Positions 1-7,617 of a DNA stretch of 64,000 nucleotides are shown piece by piece. Source of the DNA: an uncultured Clostridia bacterium (GTDB lineage: Bacteria; Bacillota; Clostridia; Christensenellales; Borkfalkiaceae); contig CANRDX010000001.1 in the NCBI GenBank assembly GCA_947629485.1, positions 6,663 through 70,662 of the forward strand, in the 5' to 3' direction. The stretch's first letter is position 1; every line of letters begins with the position of its first letter. Made by a program: the position numbers and the translations under genes. The notes under the pieces are model-generated. The model searched no databases. It worked only from the letters and a program-made list of their open reading frames with translations, and was not told the DNA's origin.

Positions 1-100
1 ATAGGCCGATGGAATAAGCCGCATCTTACGGTCCGCTTTCCCGTATAAGATCGCGGCTTCCTTCGGCTACGCCTGACTTTATGTTTTCGTGAGGTGAGAG

Positions 101-1759
101 ATGAAGGAAGAGATCAGAATTTTATTATCGCAACAAGATTACGAAGGCGCTGCCGAACGGGTGAAAAAACTTTCTCCCGAAGAGGCGGCGTATATTTTAT
201 CGGAAGCGGGGGAGCACCTCATTCCGCTCTGCCGCGCGCTGGATAGCGAACAGCTTGCCGAGATCATCGTCCTGTTGGAGCCGTCCGTGCAGGAGGAGAT
301 CATCGAAGGCCTGCACGACGACGAGTTGCAGGATGTCATGGAGGACGTCTCGGTAGACGATACCGTGGATATCATCGAGGATCTTCCCGAAGAGGTCGCC
401 CGCAGGATCGCGGAGGAGGACGAGATCCTCGCCCTGCTCGAAGAGCGCAACTTCGCCGTCCTCAAACCGCTGCTCGCGTCCATGAACGAGATCGACCTTG
501 CCGCCGTTTTCGAGAGCGCGAAGGAAGAAGATCTTCCCGTACTCTTCCGCATTCTGCCCAAAGATCTTGCGGCGCAGATGTTCGTCGAGATCGAGACGGA
601 TACGCAGGAAAAGCTCCTCAAAAAGCTGACGGATAAGGAGATCAAAGCCGTCATGGACGAGCTTTTCCTCGACGATACCGTCGACCTCGTCGAGGAGATG
701 CCTTCGAGCGTCGTCAAGCGTCTGCTCGCCCAGAGCGACAGCGAAACGCGCGCCTACATCAACGAGATCTTGAAGTACCCGAAGGACAGTGCGGGCAGCA
801 TCATGACCATCGAGTTCGTCCAATTCCTGCCCACCATGACCGTGGGGGAGGCGTTCGATCGCATTCGCAAGACGGCAATCGACAAGGAGACGATCTACAC
901 CTGCTACGTCACCGACTCTGCGAACAAACTCATCGGACTTGTGACGGCGAAAGATCTTCTTCTCGCGCGGATGGAGCAGTCGATCTCCGAGATCATGGAG
1001 GATAACGTCATCTACGTCAACACGCAGGACGATAAAGAGGTCGTGGCGCGCAAGATCTCGGACTACGGCTTCCTCGCGATCCCCGTCGTAGACGACGAGC
1101 GGCGGCTGGTCGGCATCGTCACCGTCGACGACGCAATCGACGTCATCGAAGAGGAGAACACCGAAGACCTCGAACGCATGGTCGGTATCGTTCACGACAA
1201 CAAGCCGTATTTGAAGACGAGCGTGTTCTCCATTTGGAAGAAGCGCGTGCCGTGGCTTTTGATCCTGCTCGTCAGCGCAACGTTCACGGGGCTGATCCTG
1301 AACAAATTCGAGAGCCTGCTCTCTACCGCGATGCTCGCATGCGTCCCCATGCTCATGGATACGGGCGGCAATTCGGGTTCGCAGGCGTCGGTGACGGTGA
1401 TCCGTTCCCTTGCCCTCGGCGAACTTTCGACGAAGGACGCGGGCAAGGTGCTATGGAAGGAATTCCGCGCCTCGCTTCTCCTTGCGCTGACGCTCGCCGC
1501 CGCCTGTTTTGCAAAACTTATGCTCATCGACAGACTGCTGTTCCGCTTTGAAGGGTACGACGTCGTGACCTGCCTCATCACCTCGCTCGCGCTCTTCTGC
1601 ACCGTCATCATGGCGAAGTTTGTGGGTTGTATGCTCCCGCTTCTCGTCAAGAAGTGCAAGCTCGACCCCGCCGCCGTCGCAAGCCCCTTCATCACCACGA
1701 TCGTAGACGCCGTATCCCTGCTCATCTTCTGCGGCCTCTCGCTCGCGATCCTCGGCTGA
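101..1759 (+). CDS. mgtE: Magnesium transporter MgtE
   Basis: 552-aa ORF with an acidic helical MgtE_N-like N-terminus and tandem CBS-like segments (LIGLVTAKDLL, LVGIVTVDDAIDVIEEE). The C-terminal TM domain carries the PMLMDTGGNSGSQAS motif. A GAGGTG Shine-Dalgarno lies 4 nt upstream of the ATG. Confidence 0.9.
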   Translation: MKEEIRILLSQQDYEGAAERVKKLSPEEAAYILSEAGEHLIPLCRALDSEQLAEIIVLLEPSVQEEIIEGLHDDELQDVMEDVSVDDTVDIIEDLPEEVARRIAEEDEILALLEERNFAVLKPLLASMNEIDLAAVFESAKEEDLPVLFRILPKDLAAQMFVEIETDTQEKLLKKLTDKEIKAVMDELFLDDTVDLVEEMPSSVVKRLLAQSDSETRAYINEILKYPKDSAGSIMTIEFVQFLPTMTVGEAFDRIRKTAIDKETIYTCYVTDSANKLIGLVTAKDLLLARMEQSISEIMEDNVIYVNTQDDKEVVARKISDYGFLAIPVVDDERRLVGIVTVDDAIDVIEEENTEDLERMVGIVHDNKPYLKTSVFSIWKKRVPWLLILLVSATFTGLILNKFESLLSTAMLACVPMLMDTGGNSGSQASVTVIRSLALGELSTKDAGKVLWKEFRASLLLALTLAAACFAKLMLIDRLLFRFEGYDVVTCLITSLALFCTVIMAKFVGCMLPLLVKKCKLDPAAVASPFITTIVDAVSLLIFCGLSLAILG

Positions 1760-1779
1760 TCGATACATCGAATCCTGAT

Positions 1780-1803
1780 CCACCCGCACTGCGGGTGGTT
1801 TTT
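1780..1803 (+). terminator. Intrinsic terminator after mgtE
   Basis: 8-bp stem ccacccgc/gcgggtgg with a 3-nt loop, followed by ttttt, 20 nt after the mgtE stop. Confidence 0.75.
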
Positions 1804-1836
1804 CATTACACGGAAACGGTCTTGCCCCTTGCCCAC

Positions 1837-2340
1837 CCCTTCGAGGGGAAAATTTTGCTTTTCTGTCAAAGATTGATAATCTTTGGCGCAAAATTTTCTT
1901 GGCATTTGCCCATATGCACGGGCAAATGCTGACCGCCCCGCGCGCACTATTCTCTACTAAGCGCGGCACGAGCCGTAGGCGAAGTAACGCGGGGGTCTAC
2001 CCGCGTGAGAGGGTGTCACGAGCAACGCGAGTGACGGAAGGGGTGTCATTCCAAATTCGTCATACTGAGCTTGTCGAAGTATCACCATAGCAAGGCTTCC
2101 CCCTTCGAGGGGTCGCAAAACGCATTTCTGCACATCGGCACGGTGTGCCGTGTGCGCGTTTTGCGGTGAGTGAGCGCATTCGTAGCGCGAACGACGACCG
2201 AACGCGGGGTTCTACCCGCGTGAGACAGCTGTCACGTTAGTGACTGATGAGGGTTGGTTTCTAATGTGCCCCTCATTCGTCACGGCTTTGCCGTGACACC
2301 GGGGGAAGGCTTCTAATCACGTCATGAAGTATCACCTTAT
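1837..2340. repeat. Mosaic of GC-rich hairpin repeat modules (locus A)
   Basis: A string of short stem-loops. It shares about 170 bp with 7128-7296 and shares cgtcatactgagcttgtcgaagtatcacc with 47708-47788. It also contains GTCAC..GTGAC mini-palindromes at 2015-2035, 2231-2244 and 2279-2297. Confidence 0.8.
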
Positions 2341-2397
2341 TCTTATTCATCGGCAAAGCCTCTCTTGAACCGCGCGGATATCGCGCAATTCACCTAT

Positions 2398-2430
2398 AAA
2401 AAAACTCCCCCGCAAAAGCATGCGGGGGAG
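2398..2430 (-). terminator. Intrinsic terminator for the beta-propeller gene (works on both strands)
   Basis: Perfect 10-bp stem ctcccccgca/tgcgggggag (2405-2414 and 2421-2430). It is followed on the minus strand by a 7-U run (A7 at 2398-2404), 16 nt after the stop at 2446. Confidence 0.85.
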
Positions 2431-2445
2431 TAGGTTTTTATCGCC

Positions 2446-4335
2446 TCAAACGGAATGGATATGCAGGGTGCCGTCGAACACATAGAGCGATCCGTTTTCG
2501 CAGAACGCGCGCACGTTGTTGGGACTGCATTGGGCGGCGATGGGGATGCGGGCGGCTTCGGCGAGTTTTTCGCCGTCCCAGCGGAGCAGAAGATACACGG
2601 TGCGCGCGCCGTTCTCCATATCCGCAAGTCCCAGCCCGATGAGCGAACGCTCGCGGTCGATGTAGTATGCCTTGTACTTTGTCGCGTGCCCCGTGAGGTT
2701 GCCGCTCACCGTATAGGAGGCGACGGGCTGTGCGTTCCCGTCGTACAGCTCCACTTTGAGATCGCTTTGGCGCTCCTCATGCCCGATGCCCACGAGCAGG
2801 CCGTTAGAAAATTTTGCGAGCGAGGTGGAATAGCCGGGGATCGTGCCGCTGTTCGTATAGGTGATGTTGCCGAGGTCGGAAAGGTCGAACCGAAATACGG
2901 GATCGACGAAGGACGCGGCGGTGCAAACATAGGCGATATCGCCGTCGAAACGGGCGGCGCGCACGCGCTCTCCCTCGGGGGCGAACGCCTCCGCGCTCGC
3001 CGCAACTTCCAGCGTCTCCGCGTCCAAAACGAAGAGGCTCGCGCCGGTGCCCTCGGCGGTCTCCGCCGCCGCCGTCGCCCAATAGCCCTCTCCTTCTTTG
3101 ATTTTATCGTTCGTCGTGAGGAAGATGCGCAGCTTGCCGTTATATTCGTCCATCGAATAGCGATCGTTGAGCCGCCCCGCAAGGTCGGTCTGCGCGCGCA
3201 GTGCGAGCGCGCCGCCCTCACCCAATTCCACGCGCGCAACGGTCGTGTGATATTCGCGGTCGCCCGTCTCGGCGGCTTGGGCGAGGTATTGCCCCGTCAC
3301 ATAGCAGGCGGAGGGGGAGACGTACACGTCCTTCGTGAAGGAGAGAAGGGCGCGCGAATCGATGAATGTTCCCTCGGGCGTGAGCGTGGAGACGACGGCA
3401 AACACCGCCCGCTGTGCGTTTTCGGGCACATAGATATGTTCTGCGGGAATGTTTTCGAGCGCGCCGATCGCGCCGTACTGCGGCAGATACTCCTTTTCGT
3501 CGGAGAAGTCCGTCTCGGCGTGCACGAAGAACCTCGAAACGACGAGCAAATTGCCGTCCGTCATGCGGGAGGAAATGAGTTCTCCCGAGATAAAGCGGGC
3601 GTCTGTCACAGACATGGTAGCGGGATCTTCCGTGTCCACCGTGATGATTTCGGTGTAAGTCAGCGCCGTTTTCTTCTCATAGGCGGTGACGAGAATGGTG
3701 GCGGCGGAGAGATCGTCGTTTAGGTACATCTCGCGCGACCATTCATAGAACACGAAGCCCTCCTCGGGCAGGATGGTGAGCGTTCCGAGCGCCTCTGTGC
3801 TCTGCCCGTCGATGGGATACGCTTGAAGGACGAGGGGGAGGATGGCTTCGTCATATGTGGTATCGAAGGTGAGATAGAACGCCGTGCGCTGCCCGCGCTT
3901 CACGATATCGCCCTCGGTCACGCCTTCCGCCTGACTGTCCGTGATCTCCGCGTATTGGTCGCGCCCGTCGTCCGCCGTGTATCCGTCGTCCGTCTCCGCG
4001 CCGCCGCCGTTTTTTACGATGGGGCGAAGGGCGTCCGCGACAACGGCATAGCTCTTTGCGCCTTGCAGTTCGATTTTGCCGCCATTCCCTCCGTTTCCAC
4101 CGTTTCCGCCATTACCGCCGTTGCCGCCGATATCGTCTCCGACATTCGCGTCGGGTCCCATAGGCGCGTCGGCGTTTCCGCCCGCTCCCGGCAAAAAGAG
4201 CGCGAGATTCAGAACGAGCACTGCGGCGAGCGTGCACGAGAGCGCGGAGATCCCCGCCGCGCGGCGCGCCTTCCGTTTCCGTTCCGCCGCCGCTTTTTCG
4301 AGGATAGCTTTTGTCCTTTCCTCACAAGTTTTCAT
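2446..4335 (-). CDS. Membrane-anchored secreted beta-propeller domain protein (PF09826-like), co-transcribed with an ECF sigma factor
   Basis: 629 aa. About 28 aa of basic cytoplasmic N-terminus, one TM (ISALSCTLAAVLVLNLALFL), a (GGN)x6 linker, then a long extracytoplasmic region ending in motifs typical of the bacterial/archaeal Beta_propel family (FVDPVFRFDLSDLGNI..GTIPGYSTSL). AGGAAGG RBS. The start overlaps the sigma gene stop by 14 nt. Confidence 0.7.
   Translation of the reverse strand: MKTCEERTKAILEKAAAERKRKARRAAGISALSCTLAAVLVLNLALFLPGAGGNADAPMGPDANVGDDIGGNGGNGGNGGNGGNGGKIELQGAKSYAVVADALRPIVKNGGGAETDDGYTADDGRDQYAEITDSQAEGVTEGDIVKRGQRTAFYLTFDTTYDEAILPLVLQAYPIDGQSTEALGTLTILPEEGFVFYEWSREMYLNDDLSAATILVTAYEKKTALTYTEIITVDTEDPATMSVTDARFISGELISSRMTDGNLLVVSRFFVHAETDFSDEKEYLPQYGAIGALENIPAEHIYVPENAQRAVFAVVSTLTPEGTFIDSRALLSFTKDVYVSPSACYVTGQYLAQAAETGDREYHTTVARVELGEGGALALRAQTDLAGRLNDRYSMDEYNGKLRIFLTTNDKIKEGEGYWATAAAETAEGTGASLFVLDAETLEVAASAEAFAPEGERVRAARFDGDIAYVCTAASFVDPVFRFDLSDLGNITYTNSGTIPGYSTSLAKFSNGLLVGIGHEERQSDLKVELYDGNAQPVASYTVSGNLTGHATKYKAYYIDRERSLIGLGLADMENGARTVYLLLRWDGEKLAEAARIPIAAQCSPNNVRAFCENGSLYVFDGTLHIHSV
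4078..4128 (-). repeat. In-frame 9-nt periodic (GGN)n codon repeat inside the beta-propeller gene
   Basis: Encodes GGNGGNGGNGGNGGNGG. The plus strand reads as iterated gtttcc/attacc-gcc units. Confidence 0.8.
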
Positions 4336-4852
4336 CCGAGATACCTTCCTTGATCAATTTTTCTTTGAGAGCGGCTTTTGCGCGCGCAAGGAGATTGTAG
4401 ATCTGTTTTCTCGATTTTTTCAGCGTCCTTTCCAGCTCTTCGGGCTTGAAGCCCTCGAAGTAGACGAGATAGAGCACGTCGCGGTACTGCGGAGCGATCC
4501 TGCCGAGGCAGGCGTACACCGTGCGGTCGCGTTCCCGTTCGAGGGCGAGCTGTTCGCCGTCGGGAAGTTCGCCGCAGGGCGCGATCTTCTTCTTGCGCAG
4601 TTGGGAAAGGCATCTGTTGCGCGCCGTCTTAAAAAGATATCCGCGCAGATGCGCCTCGTCCGCGAAACGTTTTCTCTTCGCGATGAGCGCGGCGAAAGAA
4701 TCCTCCGCAATGTCCTCTGCGGCATAAAGATCGCGCACAAAACAGTAGCAAAACCGCACAAGAGCGTCGCCATACAGCGCCACGAACTCTTCGAGCGCTT
4801 TCGTGTCTCCTTGCAGAAAGCGGTGGTAGCTACTTACACCGTTGTCTTGCAT
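4322..4852 (-). CDS. ECF-type RNA polymerase sigma-70 family factor
   Basis: Region 2 (DIAEDSFAALI..YLFKTARNRCL) and region 4 HTH (YRDVLYLVYFEGFKPEELERTLKKSRKQIYNLLARAK) are both present. I place the start at ATG 4852 (MQDNGV), preceded by GAGAGGTG, rather than the GTG at 4858 used in the ORF track. Confidence 0.85.
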   Translation of the reverse strand: MQDNGVSSYHRFLQGDTKALEEFVALYGDALVRFCYCFVRDLYAAEDIAEDSFAALIAKRKRFADEAHLRGYLFKTARNRCLSQLRKKKIAPCGELPDGEQLALERERDRTVYACLGRIAPQYRDVLYLVYFEGFKPEELERTLKKSRKQIYNLLARAKAALKEKLIKEGISDENL

Positions 4853-4902
4853 AAGCACCTCTCAACTGTAAAACGGTTTTCGCCGCCCGATTACTCACCC
4901 CC

Positions 4903-4930
4903 ATTATAAAATTCCATAAAAAAATGTCAA
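4903..4930 (-). promoter_or_regulatory. Sigma-A-type promoter for the sigma/beta-propeller operon
   Basis: Minus strand reads TTGACA, a 16-nt spacer, then TATAAT (-35 at 4925-4930, -10 at 4903-4908). Confidence 0.5.
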
Positions 4931-4985
4931 GCGCGATCAAAAAACGCCGCAAAAATGTTGAAATTATTTAACATCGTGAAATAAG

Positions 4986-5015
4986 TTGACGGGAAGAGGC
5001 GGCTATTGGTAAAAT
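4986..5015 (+). promoter_or_regulatory. Sigma-A-type promoter for the 623-aa lipoprotein gene
   Basis: TTGACG (4986-4991), 18-nt spacer, TAAAAT (5010-5015). It is divergent from the sigma operon promoter. Confidence 0.55.
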
Positions 5016-5044
5016 AAAGTCAGATCCTATCGGGAGGAAGATTT

Positions 5045-6916
5045 ATGAAGTTGAAGAAGTTCACCTGTGCGATCACCGCGCTCGCGATGGCGGCGGCTTT
5101 CGGACTTGCGGCCTGCAACGGGCAACAGGGCGATAAAGACGGCGACCACACCCATAGCTATACCATGAAAAGCAGCGAAACGCAGCATTGGGAGGCGTGT
5201 TCCTGCGGCGAAGAAAAGGCGGATAGCCGAGGCGCGCACGTCGATGAAGACGGCAACGGCGAGTGCGATGTGTGCGGATACGGCATGGGCGAATCCCACG
5301 GCCACGTCTGGGCGTGGAAGTACGAAGGGGACTATCACTGGCAGGAATGCACCTGCGGCGAAGAAAAAACGGGCAGCCGCGGCTTGCACAGCGACGACAA
5401 TAAGGACGGGGAGTGCGACGTCTGCAAGGCGCCCGTCAAGACCGAGGACGGCGGCGGGAGCGGCAGCGGCGACGAACATACGCATTCCTATGTATGGATG
5501 CGCGACGGCGCGCAGCATTGGCAGGAATGCTCCTGCGGGGAGACGACGGCAAAGACGCCGCACACCCAAAACGCCAACTATCGCTGCGCATGCGGCTATG
5601 CCTTCGACGCGCCCGCGGAAAACGGGCTGTCGTCTACGAATTATTGGATCATCGGGACGTTCACCGACAATAAGGACGGCGGCACGACGGGCTGGGGCGA
5701 GACCCACAGCGATCAGTGGAAATTCCACCGCCTCATCGGAAAGGATACGGAAGGAAGGACGCAATACGTCTTTGAACGCGCCTTCAAGGGCGGCGAAGAG
5801 TTCAAGATCGTCAAAGACGGCGGCGGGTATTGGGACGGCGAGATCAACGCGGACCATGTGAGCGCGAACGCGAAGAAGCTGTTCGACGGCAACGACGGCG
5901 GCAATATCAGAGTCGTCGGCGGCGCGGGCTACTACGTCATCACCCTGCACGCGGGCAGCGGAACTCCCTCGGTAGACGCCGGATTGCTCTATGGCGAGGG
6001 GAGCAAGCCCCAGCCCCACGAGCACGAATATTCTTCGGCGTGGGAGAGCGACGAAAGCGGCCATTGGCACCCTTCCATCTGCCAGCACACAGGACTGAAA
6101 CAGGACGAAGCGGCGCACACCTTCCAAAACGGAAGCTACACCTGCTCCGTCTGCGGCTACACAAAACAGCATACCCATGTCGGGGGCGAGTGGGTGAACA
6201 ACGCAAGTTCGCATTGGAAAAACTGCACGCTCTGCGGCCGGATGATGCAGGAGACCGAAGCGCCGCACAGCGGCGTGCCTTGCTCCGTCTGCGGCTACAA
6301 TGTCGCCGTCTCGGGGGCGTTGGAATACGAATACGATGAGGCGAGCAGATCCTACTTCGTCACGGGGTATGTGTACGACGAGATCGAGGAAGAACTGCGT
6401 ATCCCCGCAGAGTATAACAATAAGAAGGTCACCAAGATCGCAGGCCAAGCGTTTATGGGGTGTAATAAGATCCGAACGGTCATCATCCCCGATAGCGTCA
6501 CCTGCATTGACGTCTATGCATTCTATAACTGCGCATACCTTGCGAGCGTGAGCCTCGGCGCGGGCGTGAAGGAGATCGGCATGTCGGCATTCGGGAACTG
6601 CTCCGCGCTTTCGTCGATCGCCTTCCCCGCGAGCCTTACCAAGATCGGCAACAGCGCCTTTGAAAACACGGCGATCACCGAATTTACGGTGGGCAAGAAC
6701 CTTGTGGAGATCGGCGCATTTGCTTTCCGCACGAAGGATCTTCATGCGGTCACCTTCGAGGTGACGGCAGGCTGGAAGGTGCGCAACCTGCCTTTCAGCG
6801 AAGAAAGCGAAGATGTGAATGTTTCCGACCCCGTGACGAATGCGAAGAAAATGTCCGTTGCATTCTTCCAAGACAACGTTAACGGCCGCGCCAACTATAC
6901 TTGGACGCGCGGCTAA
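5045..6916 (+). CDS. Surface lipoprotein with five Cys/His-rich modules, a CBM-like beta-sandwich segment and C-terminal BspA-type leucine-rich repeats
   Basis: Signal peptide with lipobox FGLAAC. Repeated H-x-H..HW-x-x-C-x-CG..C-x-x-CGY modules. The segment GEEFKIVKDGGGYWDGEI..GNIRVVGGAGYYVITL resembles carbohydrate-binding modules. An LRR_5-like stretch (IPDSVTCIDVYAFYNCAYLASVSLGAGVKEIGMSAFGNCSALSSIAFP) follows. GGGAGGAAG RBS. Confidence 0.8.
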   Translation: MKLKKFTCAITALAMAAAFGLAACNGQQGDKDGDHTHSYTMKSSETQHWEACSCGEEKADSRGAHVDEDGNGECDVCGYGMGESHGHVWAWKYEGDYHWQECTCGEEKTGSRGLHSDDNKDGECDVCKAPVKTEDGGGSGSGDEHTHSYVWMRDGAQHWQECSCGETTAKTPHTQNANYRCACGYAFDAPAENGLSSTNYWIIGTFTDNKDGGTTGWGETHSDQWKFHRLIGKDTEGRTQYVFERAFKGGEEFKIVKDGGGYWDGEINADHVSANAKKLFDGNDGGNIRVVGGAGYYVITLHAGSGTPSVDAGLLYGEGSKPQPHEHEYSSAWESDESGHWHPSICQHTGLKQDEAAHTFQNGSYTCSVCGYTKQHTHVGGEWVNNASSHWKNCTLCGRMMQETEAPHSGVPCSVCGYNVAVSGALEYEYDEASRSYFVTGYVYDEIEEELRIPAEYNNKKVTKIAGQAFMGCNKIRTVIIPDSVTCIDVYAFYNCAYLASVSLGAGVKEIGMSAFGNCSALSSIAFPASLTKIGNSAFENTAITEFTVGKNLVEIGAFAFRTKDLHAVTFEVTAGWKVRNLPFSEESEDVNVSDPVTNAKKMSVAFFQDNVNGRANYTWTRG

Positions 6917-6931
6917 AACGCCGAACCTCAA

Positions 6932-6958
6932 AGGGGACCGCTCCGCGTCCCCTTTTTC
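6932..6958 (+). terminator. Intrinsic terminator
   Basis: Stem aggggac/gtcccct with an 8-nt loop, then ttttt, 16 nt after the stop. Confidence 0.75.
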
Positions 6959-6988
6959 TTTGCCGTTTTTACGCCGCGACAGGTGAGG

Positions 6989-7430
6989 ATTCGAGCTGCC
7001 CCCGTTGAAGGGGGCGGCTCCCGCGCAGCGGGTGGTGGGGGTTGAATTTCCAACGCGTCATTCCGAGCGAAGCGAGCGAATCCCCCCATACGCAGTCCGC
7101 AAGGCTTCCCCCCTTGAAGGGGTTGAACCCTTGTCGCCCCTGCAAGGGAAAATTTTGCTTTTCTGCCAAAGATTGATAATCTTTGGCGCAAAATTTTCTT
7201 GGCGTTTGCGCATATGCCCGCGCAAACGCTGACCGAACGCGGGGGTCTACCCGCGTGAGAGGGTGTCATGCCGCGTGCGGCATGACGGAAGGGGTGTACG
7301 CAATGAAGAATAACACCCCCTCCGTCGCGCAAAGACAGCGCGCCAGCTCCCCCTCAAAGGGGGCGCCAAGAGGTTACCGCGTCATTCCGAGGGGGAGGGC
7401 GGCACGGCTTCGCCGCGATGGGTGGGGGTG
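6989..7430. repeat. Mosaic of GC-rich hairpin repeat modules (locus B)
   Basis: 6993-7050 matches 47644-47700. 7128-7296 matches 1837-2052. gcgtcattccg occurs at 7055-7065 and 7379-7389, and as its reverse complement at 17827-17837 and 18069-18079. 7391-7428 matches 47604-47641. Confidence 0.85.
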
Positions 7431-7489
7431 AAAAAAACAAAAAACTACAAATTTTTTGAGCAGATTTTCAAAAAGGGCAAGAGAAATGC

Positions 7490-7519
7490 TTGACATAGAA
7501 TGTGCGCGCATGTTATAAT
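7490..7519 (+). promoter_or_regulatory. Sigma-A-type promoter for the 1406-aa lipoprotein gene
   Basis: TTGACA (7490-7495), 18-nt spacer, TATAAT (7514-7519), in an AT-rich spacer region. It would give a leader of about 90 nt. Confidence 0.6.
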
Positions 7520-7617
7520 AATTGTATATTTTCATAAAATGTTGCACAATATGCGCATAAATGGGATTGCGTAACATTTTATGTGAATGTGAGACAAATT
7601 TATCAAGGAGATAGGCA

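Noticed and set aside
1-100. Possible M-box (Mg2+) riboswitch or other leader upstream of mgtE.
   Set aside because: Only 100 nt are available and I see no M-box core. There is only an imperfect hairpin (about 17-58) with no U-tract. The GAGGTG next to the ATG is simply the SD. This cannot be evaluated without upstream sequence.
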